A stretch of DNA of 62,907 nucleotides, counting the filler, from Rhabdomonas costata (lineage: Eukaryota): assembly GCA_019059605.1 (NCBI GenBank). It is 39 parts of 39 records of this genome, joined end to end, with 100 filler letters (N's around TTAATTAATTAA, not from the genome) between each part and the next. Parts side by side here need not be neighbours in the genome. Positions count along the whole stretch, not along the records: positions 11,318 to 12,834 come from JAHMHO010014025.1; positions 12,935 to 14,450 come from JAHMHO010014026.1; positions 14,551 to 16,067 come from JAHMHO010014027.1; positions 16,168 to 17,684 come from JAHMHO010014028.1; positions 17,785 to 19,304 come from JAHMHO010014029.1; positions 19,405 to 20,921 come from JAHMHO010014030.1; positions 21,022 to 22,537 come from JAHMHO010014031.1; positions 22,638 to 24,154 come from JAHMHO010014032.1; 31 more parts are not named here. The stretch is one strand, 5' to 3'. The translations under genes and the position numbers were made by a program. The notes under the pieces were generated by a model. That model was given only the letters and a program-made list of their open reading frames with translations. It did not search any database and had not been told where the DNA came from. Positions 12,456-25,500 of the stretch are shown here, piece after piece; within the stretch, counting starts at the first letter, position 1, and every line of letters starts with the position of its first letter.

Positions 12456-13204
12456 CTGGAAGACCACCCAAAAACAACCTCGCTCCTTCCCTCATCCCCC
12501 GCGCCCGATCTCAATTAAAGAGAAGAAGAGGAGTCAAAAGGAGAGTCAACCACAGTGACAGGGGCACTAAACGTTTAGAACTGTGAAACGGATTTTTGCA
12601 AGTTCCTGAGGGTTGCAGCTTCAAACAAGCTTCCCTCTCCCCTTCTGCCTGGCATCTGCAAGCGGAAACACAAGCAAGTGGGGCGCTCTGCGGTCTGGGT
12701 GGTGGCACGCGGTCCTGGGGAACCAAGAAAAAGGTGCGGTCGGTTGGGTCTGGCTGGGCTGTTCCCCAGACGCTCAAGGCGGAACTGTACGTGAGTAATT
12801 TTTTGCCTTACGCTATAGCATATGACAAAAAAACNNNNNNNNNNNNNNNNNNNNNNNNNNNNNNNNNNNNNNNNNNNNTTAATTAATTAANNNNNNNNNN
12901 NNNNNNNNNNNNNNNNNNNNNNNNNNNNNNNNNNTTTGTTTGCGCATTTTTTCACCTTTGGGCTGATGTCGAAGTTGTGTGCCTGTGTATGTCTTTCATC
13001 GCTTCACATCAGTTTTGTTAGGCTCTCTCGAGTTCTGTTGGTGGTAAATTTTCCCTGTCCGTCCATGTTTTGGGCATTCAGCTTACTCGACAGTAACGGA
13101 CGGAGGATGAGGCTCCGCTGGTGACAAGAGGGGAGAGCAAGGCGGATGAAGGCCCTTTTGGAGATTCGCTGGCGAAAGAGGGGGTGGGTTGTCGGAAAGG
13201 GAGC

Positions 13205-13649
13205 GGTCCGGTCTATTTGGGAGGAGGGGCGTTAGCGGTATATCACCGCTTAACGCCCCTCCTCCCAAATAGACGGTAGAAGGGCGTCATACGGTCATGA
13301 GGCGGTATATGACAAAACGGCCATTCCGTTGTATTTCACGTTGGTCAGTATTGGTGGTGGGAACTCATTTTTTGCTGGGTTTTAGCCAATATAAGGGGGT
13401 TCGATTAGTTTAGGGGCAAGAGCCAGCCCGCGATGCGCCCCGAGTGGGCGGGGACGTTCCCTGGGGGTAGATTTCCATTCGTGGTGATACACCCCCGACC
13501 GAGGTACACTGGTGTGTGGTGGGCCGGGGCCCCGGGATTTAGTTTCGTCCCTGGTTGTATAGCATGGTTATACGGTATAACGGCGGTATACCGTACAAGG
13601 GCGTTATATTGTTTAACGCCCCCTCCCAACCAAAAAAATAGACCGGACC
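13205..13649. mobile_element. MITE-like element with imperfect terminal inverted repeats and an internal hairpin
   Basis: Left end GGTCCGGTCTATTTGGGAGGAGGGGCGTTA pairs with right end TAACGCCCCCTCCC...AAATAGACCGGACC. A perfect 24-bp-arm hairpin spans 13211-13274. Confidence 0.6.
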
Positions 13650-15198
13650 CCTGAGGGGAGAGGTGTGTTTTTTGGGGTTTTTTGGAAGACGTGTTTGGTT
13701 CGAAAGGTGCCTGCACCAAGGCAGTCACATGGCAGAGAGCCCATGGCAGAGAGCACACAAACAAGCAGCGAGTACCCACCAAGAGAGATAGTACTTTTTA
13801 CTCATTCTAGAAATATGTGTACCCACCAACCCGCCTTTTTACCACATTTGTGTCCACGTTGTCCTCAACTCCAAGGGGAAAATCTGACGATCTCGCCCCT
13901 GCGCTTTGGCATTTGTGTGTGTGTGTGTGATTAATTTAGCACTTTGGCAGGTATTCTCTGACCTTGTTTACGTTGTGGTTTGCGACAGTCCAAGCAGCTT
14001 CGGCTTAAAAGAAACCAAAATCCAGGGTTCCCGAAGAACGGGAAGGTTTGATGTGATGCCAGACGTGCGATGTGATCGTCAGATATGACCACGATGCCCA
14101 TCGGAAACACCAATTGGAATCCAAAGACCGCCGTACTAATTCCAAGGTGTCCTTGGGAATGAACGAGAAACCTGGGTGTATCCTTTTCTGCAGAGGGCTC
14201 TCTTTCCGCTGCCCTGTGTGAGGCCCCGCTGGGTTCCGAGGCGTTGCATTGCTGGAGGTCGCTGCCGGTGCTTACCCTGGGAACCCTCGTGGAGCTGTAC
14301 GAGAAGGTGTTTACATCCTGGGTGGAGGGTGGAGGGGACCATTTGAGTGTTTGTGTGTGTGATCCTGCCCTGCCCACCACTGGGTACGGTTTCTTATATC
14401 AGCTGGGTAAGTATTATCTGCCAGGGGAAAATATTACTTACCCAACCACCNNNNNNNNNNNNNNNNNNNNNNNNNNNNNNNNNNNNNNNNNNNNTTAATT
14501 AATTAANNNNNNNNNNNNNNNNNNNNNNNNNNNNNNNNNNNNNNNNNNNNGTGGTTTGTGGACCTTACCGTCCACCTGGTTGAAAGTTTATTTACCAACC
14601 TGCTTGCACGTTGCGTTGGAATTGGTGCGGAAATGATTCAATCGATGCATTTCATGGCCGCAGCGCGAGCCGTCGCGGGTTTATATTTGTCTCAAGTGCA
14701 TAGCCACCTTCCATGACTGCCATTTTTGTTCTGTGTATCGCGCAGATTTCGGAACTGAATTGTGTGACGCGTTCCACATTTTCACCACGTTGGAATGATG
14801 GCCCGCTCTGTCAGACAACAGTCCTTACCAAGAGCTCGCAGACCCCATTTGTCAATTGGGCTCCAAAGCGAACCACCGCCGCCTCAGTTGCCTGAGTCCT
14901 TTTCCGTTGACTCACTGCCAAAGGTGTTGTTTTCCCTTCGCCGGAAAGTTGCGATGAACGCCTGTCAGCATTCTTCTTCATTCCCTACCCGTTTGGCCTG
15001 GCGTGTCACGTCCCAGAAACAGCAGTTGGCATCGGCCTTGTGGAGCACGGATGCGTATGGCTCCTGCTGTGGCAACTTAGCTGCCCCTGACATCTTCCCT
15101 GACGCAATTTTTAACTTGTTCGTCGTCTTTTCAATGCACGTAAGAGGGGCGGGGCAGTTTTTGTTCTGAATATTCTGTTTTTCAACTGGTTTTCGCAG

Positions 15199-16024
15199 TA
15201 CAAGAAACGGAAGTCAGCTGCTGATGTGCCAGTAGTGGAAGCCCCAAGTGCGCCCTCACGGCGCCGTGTGGTCAAGGAGCCTGCTCAGTGGAAAGAAGTT
15301 TGGCGGCTGATTCAGCAGATGCGGAAGGGGAAAGACGCCCCTGTGGTGTGCAAAAGATTGTTCGAACGCCCCCACACTTATAAACTTGTGTATAATTTGT
15401 GTCGTCTTTGAATTCTACGTTTCCCGCTGTTCGAATCGAATTGATTCGAACAGCGGGCTTATGGGTGTACGTCAACATTGAGCGAGGGAGCACATCAGCG
15501 GTGGCGGTGGCAGTTTCTGTCTTTCTGGTCAGGACACCATGGGGTGCGAACGGCTGGCCGACTCTGGTGTCGACGAGGCGACTCACCGGTTTCACATTTT
15601 GGTGGGGTTAATGCTGAGCTCCCAAACCAGGGACGAGGTCACTGCCGCGGCCATGGTATCTACTCCTTTTCTTAATGGCTGGCACGCTTCCCACAAGTTC
15701 TTGCAAACCCCCAAAGACAAAGGATAGCTCAAAGTACCCATTCCGTTTCCATTGAACTCGGAACACTCCGCCTGCAAAATGCTTCCTGCGCTTCCGAGAC
15801 TGTGCCATTGTGCAGCGTGCCTTTCGGTAGCCGGTGGCGACACCCGCTTCGTTACCACACCGTTTTCTCTCTTGCGCCGCTGGTTATCTACCAGTGATGG
15901 TCGAAGCTCTCCTTCCTTGCAGGGCAGGCTAAAAGAGTATGGCCTCTCGATACCCAGGGTTCTCCGAGCCCCAGAAGCCAAGCTTCGGGATTTGATATAC
16001 GGTGTTAGTTTTCACAACCGCAAG
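15199..16024 (+). CDS. NTH1: Endonuclease III homolog (HhH-GPD DNA glycosylase), exons 15199-15345, 15533-15655, 15923-16024
   Basis: [29 protein letters not shown]...[31 protein letters not shown]...[11 protein letters not shown], joined in frame by GT-AG introns. Confidence 0.96.
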
Positions 16025-16167
16025 GTGTGCCACCACTCTGCTTTCCCGGCGGCTTTGACACCAACCCNNNNNNNNNNNNNNNNNNNNNNNNNNNNNNNNN
16101 NNNNNNNNNNNTTAATTAATTAANNNNNNNNNNNNNNNNNNNNNNNNNNNNNNNNNNNNNNNNNNNN

Positions 16168-17597
16168 CCACGGCCTTGTACATGGCCTCGCTGTGCTGCG
16201 CGATGTGCTGGGCGTCCACGTTGAAGTCCACTGTGGGGGTCAACGCCTCCTCCCGGCGAACCTATCGTCCCAGTGGGTCCCACCCATCCATCTCTCATAC
16301 AAACCGGGATCCGTCCACTGGGAAAATGAATTGATGTTCGAATCAATATCATTACGCACATTTGGTAAGTTACATCCCGAAAATCACATTCAGTATGTCA
16401 CGAGTTTCCAAAGGAACTCTACTGGAAAATAGAGCCGAATCGTCTTGATACCTGGTGCTTTCTCTACAGTCCAACTATATGCACTCTGCAAAAAAGAAAG
16501 ACATTCAAAGCATCTCCTACACCTTGGTCCAGCTATTCTGTACTGTTCACGTTGCGCCACAAACCACAAACTATGAGAAGCTGCGAAAAATGACTTAGCA
16601 GCTACCAAGTCAGCCACTGCCCAGGACCACTGCGATCACAACGCCCCCGAATAACACTGGGACTGGGGCGGAACAGGAGGAGAAAGAGATGATGTTCGCT
16701 AACCTTCTCCATAAGCATAGGGTGGTGGGCCTCAGCAACGCCTGGAAGGCGGAACTCCGTGAGGAACTCGTACGCCTGCTGCGAAAACTTGGTTACACTG
16801 TCGACCAAAATACCCCCCACATACACCTCAAGAACGAACCGCTCGGACGCCGTTTAAAACAAGCCATTGAAAACAAGAATGGGACCATAGCGAAAAACTC
16901 CCATACACTTCTCATATTCCGCAGCAGATCCCGGCAAACAGCACTGAAATTACAAGTTTCCTTCGAATTTCATACAGTGTCGTCATTTACACCCCTTCCC
17001 TTCACTCAGCAACCGACAGGGGTTGAGTTGCCCTTTTAGATCTGACATCAGGGGGGCTCGCCAAACTCTATATACTGGAAAAATTGTAAACGAGGTTGGG
17101 TCACAGCCAATGGTCGCTTCCCACGATGTGCAAAAAAGAATCGGTGAAGATAATTGCTGTTGAGGATACTTGGAGGGCGTCGGTGGGTTTCAGTGCCCCC
17201 TTTGGGCGTTCTTCCTTTTGCGTAGCAGGACATGAAAATCACATACTCGATCTCCGTGCCCCAGATTTTCGTGTCCTTGACGTACCAGACCTGCTCTGTG
17301 CCCGATGAGGGAGCAGCTGCCTCCGCCTGCACTGTGCTCACAATACCCTCCACTGCAGTGTCCTGCCGGGAGAGTACCCTCAACTAAAGTTCCGTCCGCT
17401 CAACGCAATTTGAATTTTTGCCTGTAATTCAACTTGTTGTACAGTGACACACACCAAGCATATTCTCACGGTCAGACTGCAGTTTGGGCCCTTGAACTCT
17501 TCTGAGTCGAAAAGGCCTCAGTATGCCAAAATGGACCTTGAGGGGGCCATATCTCGGCGTGGAGAAGAAGTCCGAGGCCGGGAGGTGGCCAACCAAT
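16168..17597 (-). CDS. Hypothetical multi-exon protein (exons ~17597-17537, 17383-17291, 16826-16704, ~16261-16168)
   Basis: GC3-rich, AG/GT-bounded segments join in phase 0: ...YGPLK|LRVLSRQ...TEQ|VYVGGILVDSVTKFSQQAYEFL...MEK|VRREEALTPTVDFNV. Family not recognised. Confidence 0.55.
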
Positions 17598-18030
17598 CTC
17601 AGGAGTACTAGCATACCACCAAATATGAGCCCCAACCCATCACTCTAGCTCGAGTTCTGAAGTGAATGGGAGGTCTCCGTACGGNNNNNNNNNNNNNNNN
17701 NNNNNNNNNNNNNNNNNNNNNNNNNNNNTTAATTAATTAANNNNNNNNNNNNNNNNNNNNNNNNNNNNNNNNNNNNNNNNNNNNACAAAGGGTCCAAAGG
17801 ATCCACAAAGAATCTATAAAGGATTAAGAGAGGGAAGTGCGCACTACCACGTGTAACAACGTACCGTATAACCTTCCTTGTTATACTGCTTAACAGTCCA
17901 CAAAATTCATCAGAGCAATAAAGCTAGGGACACGTTGCGAGGATGAAAAGGTAAACCTGTAAGGTGTGGTTGAAGCGATTAACTGTGCGAGCCGAAGAGT
18001 TGAAAGAAAAAGGAACTGTGCCTTGGTTTG

Positions 18031-18070
<40 letters not shown>

Positions 18071-18277
18071 CTGAAATGCTACGGACACATACCAGTGATT
18101 AGTGTTTGCACCACCCGAAACAGATACACCTATTGAAAACGTTTCAGGTGAGCAGCTGACCTTTTTTCAGGGGTACAGAGAAAAAAATCGAGGTTGACTG
18201 AAAATCATCGAATTGCAGCTCTCTGTTCTGATGTTTCTTACCAGGATTAGAGTTTAGGGTTAGGGTTACAGTCTCAC

Positions 18278-18515
18278 CTGCTCCAAGTGAAGATTCAGCA
18301 GCCTCACAACGACCGCCAGCAGTGCCCTCGAGGCCTGTTCTTGGCCACCACCTGCGCCACGGGCCTCGGAGGCACAGACAAGAGACCGGAGCTCCGCGGG
18401 AAGAGCGTGGAGGGGGCGCCACTCCGGGACGGCGACGTGGGAGGTGGGGTTGCGGAGCAGATGCTGCACGGTGGACGCGAGAAGGCACAACGGGCTCGAT
18501 GAGAGGTCGAGGCAC
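18278..18515 (-). CDS. Hypothetical protein exon
   Basis: Open frame between a tctcag acceptor and a gtgag donor: CLDLSSSPLCLLASTVQHLL...ALLAVVVRLLNLHLEQ. Confidence 0.45.
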
Positions 18516-19688
18516 CTGAGAGGGGTTGTGCACACTTCGTAACCGAACGGGAACACAGCAAAGGTTTGCTGCCACAGCCGGTTGGTGGCTGATAGCCAGG
18601 CTGCTCACACCCCGAGAGGCTAATGCCACGCGGTGCCGGCTCCATGCGCTCTGCTCCCACGCCCACTAATTTTCATCCGCTTTCCCTTAGGCTCGATCTT
18701 TCACTGCTTCCAGCGCGTGTGTTGCCATCCTGGGTGTTGTCTTCCGCGTTGTTGGGAAAACATGGCAGGGAGACAGTCGTGCCCGGTCCCGCGCGAATTG
18801 CTTTGGAAGGTGTCCTTGGCGGAATTGTGAAAGGACAGTTCTAGGGCTCTCAGTTGTGTGGCTCTCTGGGTGCGGTGGGTGCACACGGGACTGGCTGTTG
18901 CTTGAGCGGCTGTTGGGGACTGTCAACTGTTGGGCGCACAAGAGCTGCTGGCCATGTGATGCTCGCGGGAGGTACCTTCGAAGTGCACCTTACCATGGAG
19001 CGCGCTGCCGTATTTCCACGGGACCTTCCCTTCACAAGTTCCGGGCCTTGATTTCGGAGTCACTATCTTTCCCCGTTTGAGCGCCCGTTTGTGCACTGGA
19101 CCACAAACCGCTAGGGTCGACAGTGCACGGATTTCGTGCCGTACTCATGGAAGCCCGATTCTGCAGCACCACCACATTTGCAGGAATCCATATCATTTTC
19201 CTTTGCGGGCGTCCTGGGGACACCCGTGCAGCCGTCTGTCCCAAAGTGTTGTCTGGAAGGCGGGGCTCCCCAGGGACTCCGACATTTCGTGTCGCCGTGC
19301 TGCANNNNNNNNNNNNNNNNNNNNNNNNNNNNNNNNNNNNNNNNNNNNTTAATTAATTAANNNNNNNNNNNNNNNNNNNNNNNNNNNNNNNNNNNNNNNN
19401 NNNNGGGTTTGGGTACGTGTCTCCATCTCTTTGTTGCTCTTGCGCTTCTGTCTGTGTCTCAACCTTGCTCTCTTCAACCATGCTCTCTGGTTGTTCCGAC
19501 TTCCTTGTTGGTTTCCAAGACCCTCCTCACAGTCGGTGGGGGAGAGCTTTCATCGATCTCGTTTCTCTCTTCAGAGAATGCTTGGTGTATCACCGGACGC
19601 TACCCAGGATAACAATGCCGCCCATTTATACTGCAGGCACATTCGGAAAACACACGCAACAAAAAGATCACAGCCATCAGAAGCATAC

Positions 19689-20592
19689 GTTGAAGCCTCC
19701 AACGAGGTCCGGGTTGGACACAAAGGACACCCCGGAAATCGAAGACGAGACGGGGTGAAGCCCATTGCCACTGACGTCAAGGAAGGTACCGTCCGTAAAC
19801 CACTGCGCCGTCAGTCCGGTGAGGTACAATGCTGCAGAATAACGGATCGTCCAAAGAAAAAGTCTGCAATGTATCTGCATGGACCAGTCCTTGTAGACCT
19901 TCGATTTGGGACTGACTTCAGTAATCAGCTCGAAGACTCGGAAATCTATCTGTCCACCGAATCACAGTATCCCTGAAGACCCCAATCAGAGGCGTAAACG
20001 CAGAGACATACGAGGGATGATCAGGGTAGGCGTGATCTTGTTCACAGGGATAGTAGTAATGTACGCACCGACACGGAGCTTGGAGATGGACTCGAAGCCA
20101 GGAAGGCTGAGAAGCGAAAGACACAAAGCCAGAGCCGTTCACGTGACACCAGGTTCAGGAATCTGGAACCGTACATAATATCGCTTGTTTGTTTCATAGC
20201 CTGCATTCGAACATTCAACTCACGTTGGGCAATTTCACGTTCAATTCGCTTTTAAGTATCCAAAGACGTGAGTATATCAAGCAGGCTGCGGTGAGGTGAG
20301 GTCCCTTATTTTTTTTCCTGCGCATCCCTGCTCAGCCTGGTCAATGAACTGCGCTTACGGGCCAATTATTAGCAACGCTCCTCCCGCATTACAACTCTTG
20401 GATTCCTGAGTTTTTTTTCGGCGCGATCTGAAGCTTTGCACAAGCACCTCATTGCATAGGTCGTGGTAGTTCCACTGGACAGGGTGGCCTGGCTAACATC
20501 TTGGTAGAGGTGAACTCCGCTGGTGTAACCCCCAGTGAGGTAGATCGTGTTGTGCACGTTCACTGCGGAGGAGCCCAGCACTCCTCCTCGAT
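19689..20592 (-). CDS. Putative extracellular protein with a Kelch-like repeat (~20592-20460) and the start of a LamG/concanavalin-like domain (19831-19689)
   Basis: SSAVNVHNTIYLTGGY is Kelch-like. GLTAQWFTDGTFLDVSGNGLH matches the LamG_3 start motif GL.a.w..Dg...D.SGNG.H. Joining of the two exons is inferred. Confidence 0.55.
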
Positions 20593-21150
20593 CTGCAAAT
20601 GCCACCACCGCCCAGCTCTTCGCCAATCCGCCTTCGCCAGGCAGTGAGGCGATCCTTCAAGTGCCCTCACTTTTGGCACCGAAACGCAAGGAGGGGGATC
20701 TTCTTGCGGCATTCTTTAAGATCATTCGCCCCCCCCCCTCAGGCAATAGTTTATACACCGCACAACCTGCGATTCGGGTGAAGACAGGATGGGTTTGCCC
20801 ATGCGACGGGAAACGAACGTTGAAACACAACCAACTCATCGGCATTCATATGCTCATAGACCGAAGAGGAAGGAACACCACCGCGCCCTCATCGGTCAAC
20901 CCACACCCTCGCAACACCCCCNNNNNNNNNNNNNNNNNNNNNNNNNNNNNNNNNNNNNNNNNNNNTTAATTAATTAANNNNNNNNNNNNNNNNNNNNNNN
21001 NNNNNNNNNNNNNNNNNNNNNTTTGTTTTTGCTGGTGGTTGTCGGAGTGCGTGGATTTCTGACGGTGCGTGGATTTCTGGGGCCCTGAGTTGCGTTGCTG
21101 ATGATGTTGGTGTTTCCAGTGCTTCTTGAGTGCTTCTGTGTTCCCGAGTT

Positions 21151-21409
21151 GGGTTCTGTGAGAAGTGAAGGGTGATGTTGGCATTCCTACCAGGTATGAA
21201 GAGTGTAGGGGGTGTGAAGATGCCTTGAGGGGTTCCTTCTTTGCATTCCTACCTGCGGTGCCTTCATGACATCCCTACTCCGCATGGCTCCCTCGCTACG
21301 CTCAGACCCATGCTACGTTCCTTCTACCTTCTATGCATCCTTCTACTAAAGATGAACCCGTATAGTGAACCCGTATAGTGAACATCACCCTTCACTTCTC
21401 ACAGAACCC
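21151..21409. mobile_element. MITE-like element with perfect 29-bp terminal inverted repeats
   Basis: GGGTTCTGTGAGAAGTGAAGGGTGATGTT (21151-21179) is the exact reverse complement of 21381-21409. No recognisable coding sequence inside. Confidence 0.7.
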
Positions 21410-22186
21410 CTCCCTCAACCTCCGAACCACCAAGTATTAGTGTAGTAGTGGTAATAGTTTGTCTGTGTCCTGTTTTGTCGAGTCGTGGTACACCAATCCC
21501 AGACGACAAACAGACAAGGCAATTTGCATGGTGGAAACGTACCATAAAACCGACCAGGCATCTCACTTGAGAATGCTTGTGAACACCCTCACGAATAAGC
21601 ACCGTAAAATGGTGAGCGGGACCTTTGTCCTATTTTTTACCTTGCCGACCGGAGATGACCAAAGCCACGGCCCCATGTCCAGTGGCCAGATCAGAGCTCT
21701 GCCGGACTTGGTGAATCTCATCCAACCCATCAAAACTCACAAAAACGCTCTTTTGTGTCAATTGAAGCGGTCGACAAAATGCTCGTGGCCACTCACCAAA
21801 ACGAGTTATTCACAGCTGCAGTTTCTCGAGTCAGTTCACCAGTCATGCTGCTTGCTTATAGGTGTTAGGTGCAGCAGCTGAAAGTGGGCCGCATGCGCAA
21901 ACGGCCAGTGAAGAATTTTAGTTTAAAGGTTTCAAACAGAGGGAATGTAAAAGACCTGGCCACACCTCCCCTGGTTCAGCAGCAACCTGGTCGCAATTGG
22001 GGGTCGAGGCATCTGTCGCCTGGCTTTGTCTTGGGTCTTGTGTGTTTTTCCTGTGGCCCTTGATTAAATGCGTCCAAACAAGGTTTTTTGCGCCAGTTGT
22101 GCCGACCTTACGTGAGTAACAATCACAGAATGTTTCAGTGACGATTTTCCCTCTGGTCCCTCTCGCAGCCCAGCAAAGAGAATGTC

Positions 22187-22537
22187 AAGCCGCCCAAATC
22201 TCCACCGGCACCAAGCACCAAGGAGGCCGAGGTGTTCTTGCGACTCCCGTGTGTACAAGAAGTTTGCCTTCCTGGCAATTGTCAGTATCGTGCAGTATCG
22301 TGCAGTATCGTCACTCCTGCACATAGGAGGGGTGCAGTATCGTCACAACAACCCCTTTCCTTTCATTTCTTGGTTGCTTTGTTTTCGTGTAGGTTACCCC
22401 TTCCAGCAAGAAGCCGCCCAAATCTCCACCGGCACCAAGCACCAAGGAGGCCGAGGTGTTCTTGCGACTCCCGTGTGTACAAGAAGTTTGCCTTCCTGGC
22501 AATTGTCAGTATCGTGCAGTATCGTGCAGTATCGTCA
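22187..22537 (+). repeat. 127-bp direct repeat (22187-22313, 22411-22537) ending in CAGTATCGTG micro-repeats
   Basis: Two identical copies with a 224-bp period; the second ends at the contig end. Confidence 0.9.
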
Positions 22538-25500
22538 NNNNNNNNNNNNNNNNNNNNNNNNNNNNNNNNNNNNNNNNNNNNTTAATTAATTAANNNNNNN
22601 NNNNNNNNNNNNNNNNNNNNNNNNNNNNNNNNNNNNNGCTGTAATTTGGACTCTTGGTGTTGTGTGTTGCTGGTGAAGCTGGTGAGGTGGGTGAGTGGTT
22701 TTGGCTTTGGAGTTGGATTGCTGGATGTTGAGGTCTGGGTTGGGTTGTGCTTGGTTGGAGGAGTCTTGGCTGATGGTGGTGGTGGTGTTGACTGGTGAGT
22801 AATAGTTGTGTTTTAAGTGAGATGGTTGGATATTGGAGTGAGAGACAGTGTGTGTGTGCAATTTTTGCTTGTTTATTTGCTTTATGTGTGTAGAACTCTT
22901 TAGGGATTTACAATTATCTGTTTACATCATAATACTTATAGAAAAAAGGCCACTCGCCACTTCAGTGGTCAGCAGCGTCTACATTATCTGCGGTATATCT
23001 ACGGTATCTACAATCGCACCAAGTGTCCTGGTTAGTAAATGAACGTCACAAAATTCAGCGCTGCTTTGGAAGAGTTTTATTTACCAAACAAACACGAACA
23101 ACGTGATAATTCAGGTTCCGCAGTGAGTCTATGCAAATTAGAGCGTAACTCAACACCTGAGGTTCATACTTTAGTTGTGTTAGAAGTAAGCTAGGTTTGA
23201 TGACCTTGCCATGACTGCGTTATTTCAACACACGGTATGTGGTAGTAGTGCTGGGTATTTGACCCAAGGTTGACCTGTGACTGGACTGCGAATACGAATC
23301 CAAGATAGTAATTCCACTAAACCCACACTAGTTTCAAGTGGCTGAGAGGAATTGGCAGCCTGTGGTGGTAGTGCAAAGCTATCACCACACAATCCGCATT
23401 GCACGTGCCATGCAATCATTGGTTTTTGTTGAAGTTGTGTGTCCATCTCGGAGTAGGTTGAGACATTTTGAGCGGAGAGACAACCTGGTGGAGGAAGCAT
23501 AGCTAGAAGAACGCCACTGCGAGTCCCCCTGATTCTCCATCATACCCCTACATACGCATCATCACTGGCATCACCACCATTATCACGGAAACTAGCACCA
23601 TCAAGTAGTCACGGAGCATGTGCCGAAGCGTAGAGAGGATTCCATGCGGAGTGGAGAGTATGAATGCCATCTGTAGTATGTATAGGCATCTGTCCCTCTT
23701 AAACAGTGGTATAATGCGTAGAATTTCCTCTGCCACTCATCAACGCAGGAGGTAGAGGCGCAGACGGCAGTCATTACTACCATCATACCCAGTGGAATTT
23801 TAGAACCACTTAACGTGATTTTTTCTTACGCAGTGAGATAGATATGTATATGCACCACTGTACTCAGCGTGGTGGCATCCATTTACATCTAACCCTAGGC
23901 CATTTATGTACAACCTTGCCTCGACTGTTCCCATTAGCAATCTACTAGTATACTCCATCGCTGACAACGCCGTCACGTGTGGGCTTCTTAATTCATAGCC
24001 TGCCTTGCCGTCAGTGCGGTGTATCCTGTTCAACATAGTATGTATGAAGTTTAACTTGATCACTTGTGTGGTGCCGTATTGAGTCCGACACTTAACCTGG
24101 ATCCAGATAGACATCTGATAAACGGTAGACAGAAGCGAAGACAGAACCTAACCCNNNNNNNNNNNNNNNNNNNNNNNNNNNNNNNNNNNNNNNNNNNNTT
24201 AATTAATTAANNNNNNNNNNNNNNNNNNNNNNNNNNNNNNNNNNNNNNNNNNNNCCCTAAATTACTAAGTTCGTACCTCACTGCGTTTCGTTTCGGGAGC
24301 ACAGCGACTTTCGGACGGCGACTTTGGACGACCTACACTTCACTCAGCCGTCGAAAGGCAAAAAACCGAACGGAAGAAAGGGTGGTGCACCTTCAATGGA
24401 GTATGGATCACGAATATATCTGACCTCCATTCCCGTCAACAGGCCAGTCAAACTGCGTGAGGAGAGAGATTTCTGCAAAGAAAAATGTAGTGCAAAAAAT
24501 TCACTCGGGTCTGGACCAGTCCTTGTTGACAGAATGAAAAAAACAAGACAAAGGAGTATAAGGCATGGCCCGTCCCATGTCAAAAGTATGAAAGTATGAA
24601 AGCCGGGGTTATGACAACCCCACGAAATGGCCTTCAAGTTCATTGTTTTTTCAAAAACGAGCACTATCCTTATTGTGCCCCCCGGGTGGGGGAGAGGGAA
24701 AGAAGGAAAAAAAATGACCTGGAAGCACATCATCCGGCCGCCTAACTGAACACCGATGTGCCGACGATTTGAAGTGCTATTATTCACGCGACAGATGACG
24801 GTGGCACTCTATCGAGTGAACAGTGAACGGAGTCGCAGTTGCATGCGGAAGCGCATAAATTCAAGAGGAAAACCCAGAACCTCACACCTGTCCATTTACC
24901 GCGCATTAGGATGAAACGTCGCTAATTGCTGCTAGGATAAAGCCCCCGGTGCTGCTGATGAGAAGTAAGCTCGACGATAACTTTCTCGACTACTGGACGT
25001 TTTGTCCTGCGAAGTTCACCCCTCTGAGAGCAAAAGCCTTCCACCATTCAATCGCTGTTTTCGACATAATACAGAGGGTGATGCCCTTCGGAGGGATCAA
25101 GGAGGGACAGTGGTAACAAAGCAAAACGGGGACCTACCAATGGATTGGCACTATGGCCACACTCGACAACCTAATTTTGCTGACACGGAAGCTGCAGAAA
25201 TGACACACACACAGGCCACACACACAAACACCACACCAATCTCTCCCACGGCATTGATTTCATTGCCCCAGAGCTCCCCAGTCCTTCGCAAAGGTCAAGC
25301 CCACATGCCCACACAAAGAGAATCAAATCCTGTCTCCGGAAGAGGAAGGAGGGCGTTGGGGTTGGGGAGGAAGCAATTTTGTTTCGAAATTTGTGAGAGA
25401 GTGCTGCTTGGCGAGGACGATGAAAAGAGACCAAACATTTCTCGAGCTGCGTCGGACGGAGCAAGCTGGAGCAATAACAAATGACCAGGGAGGAACACGG

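Noticed and set aside
18254-18268. TTAGGG telomeric repeats
   Set aside because: Only 2.5 units, located internally in a putative intron.
22187-22537. CRISPR-like array
   Set aside because: There are only two long copies, no repeat-spacer periodicity, and the context is eukaryotic. It may be an assembly or amplification duplication.
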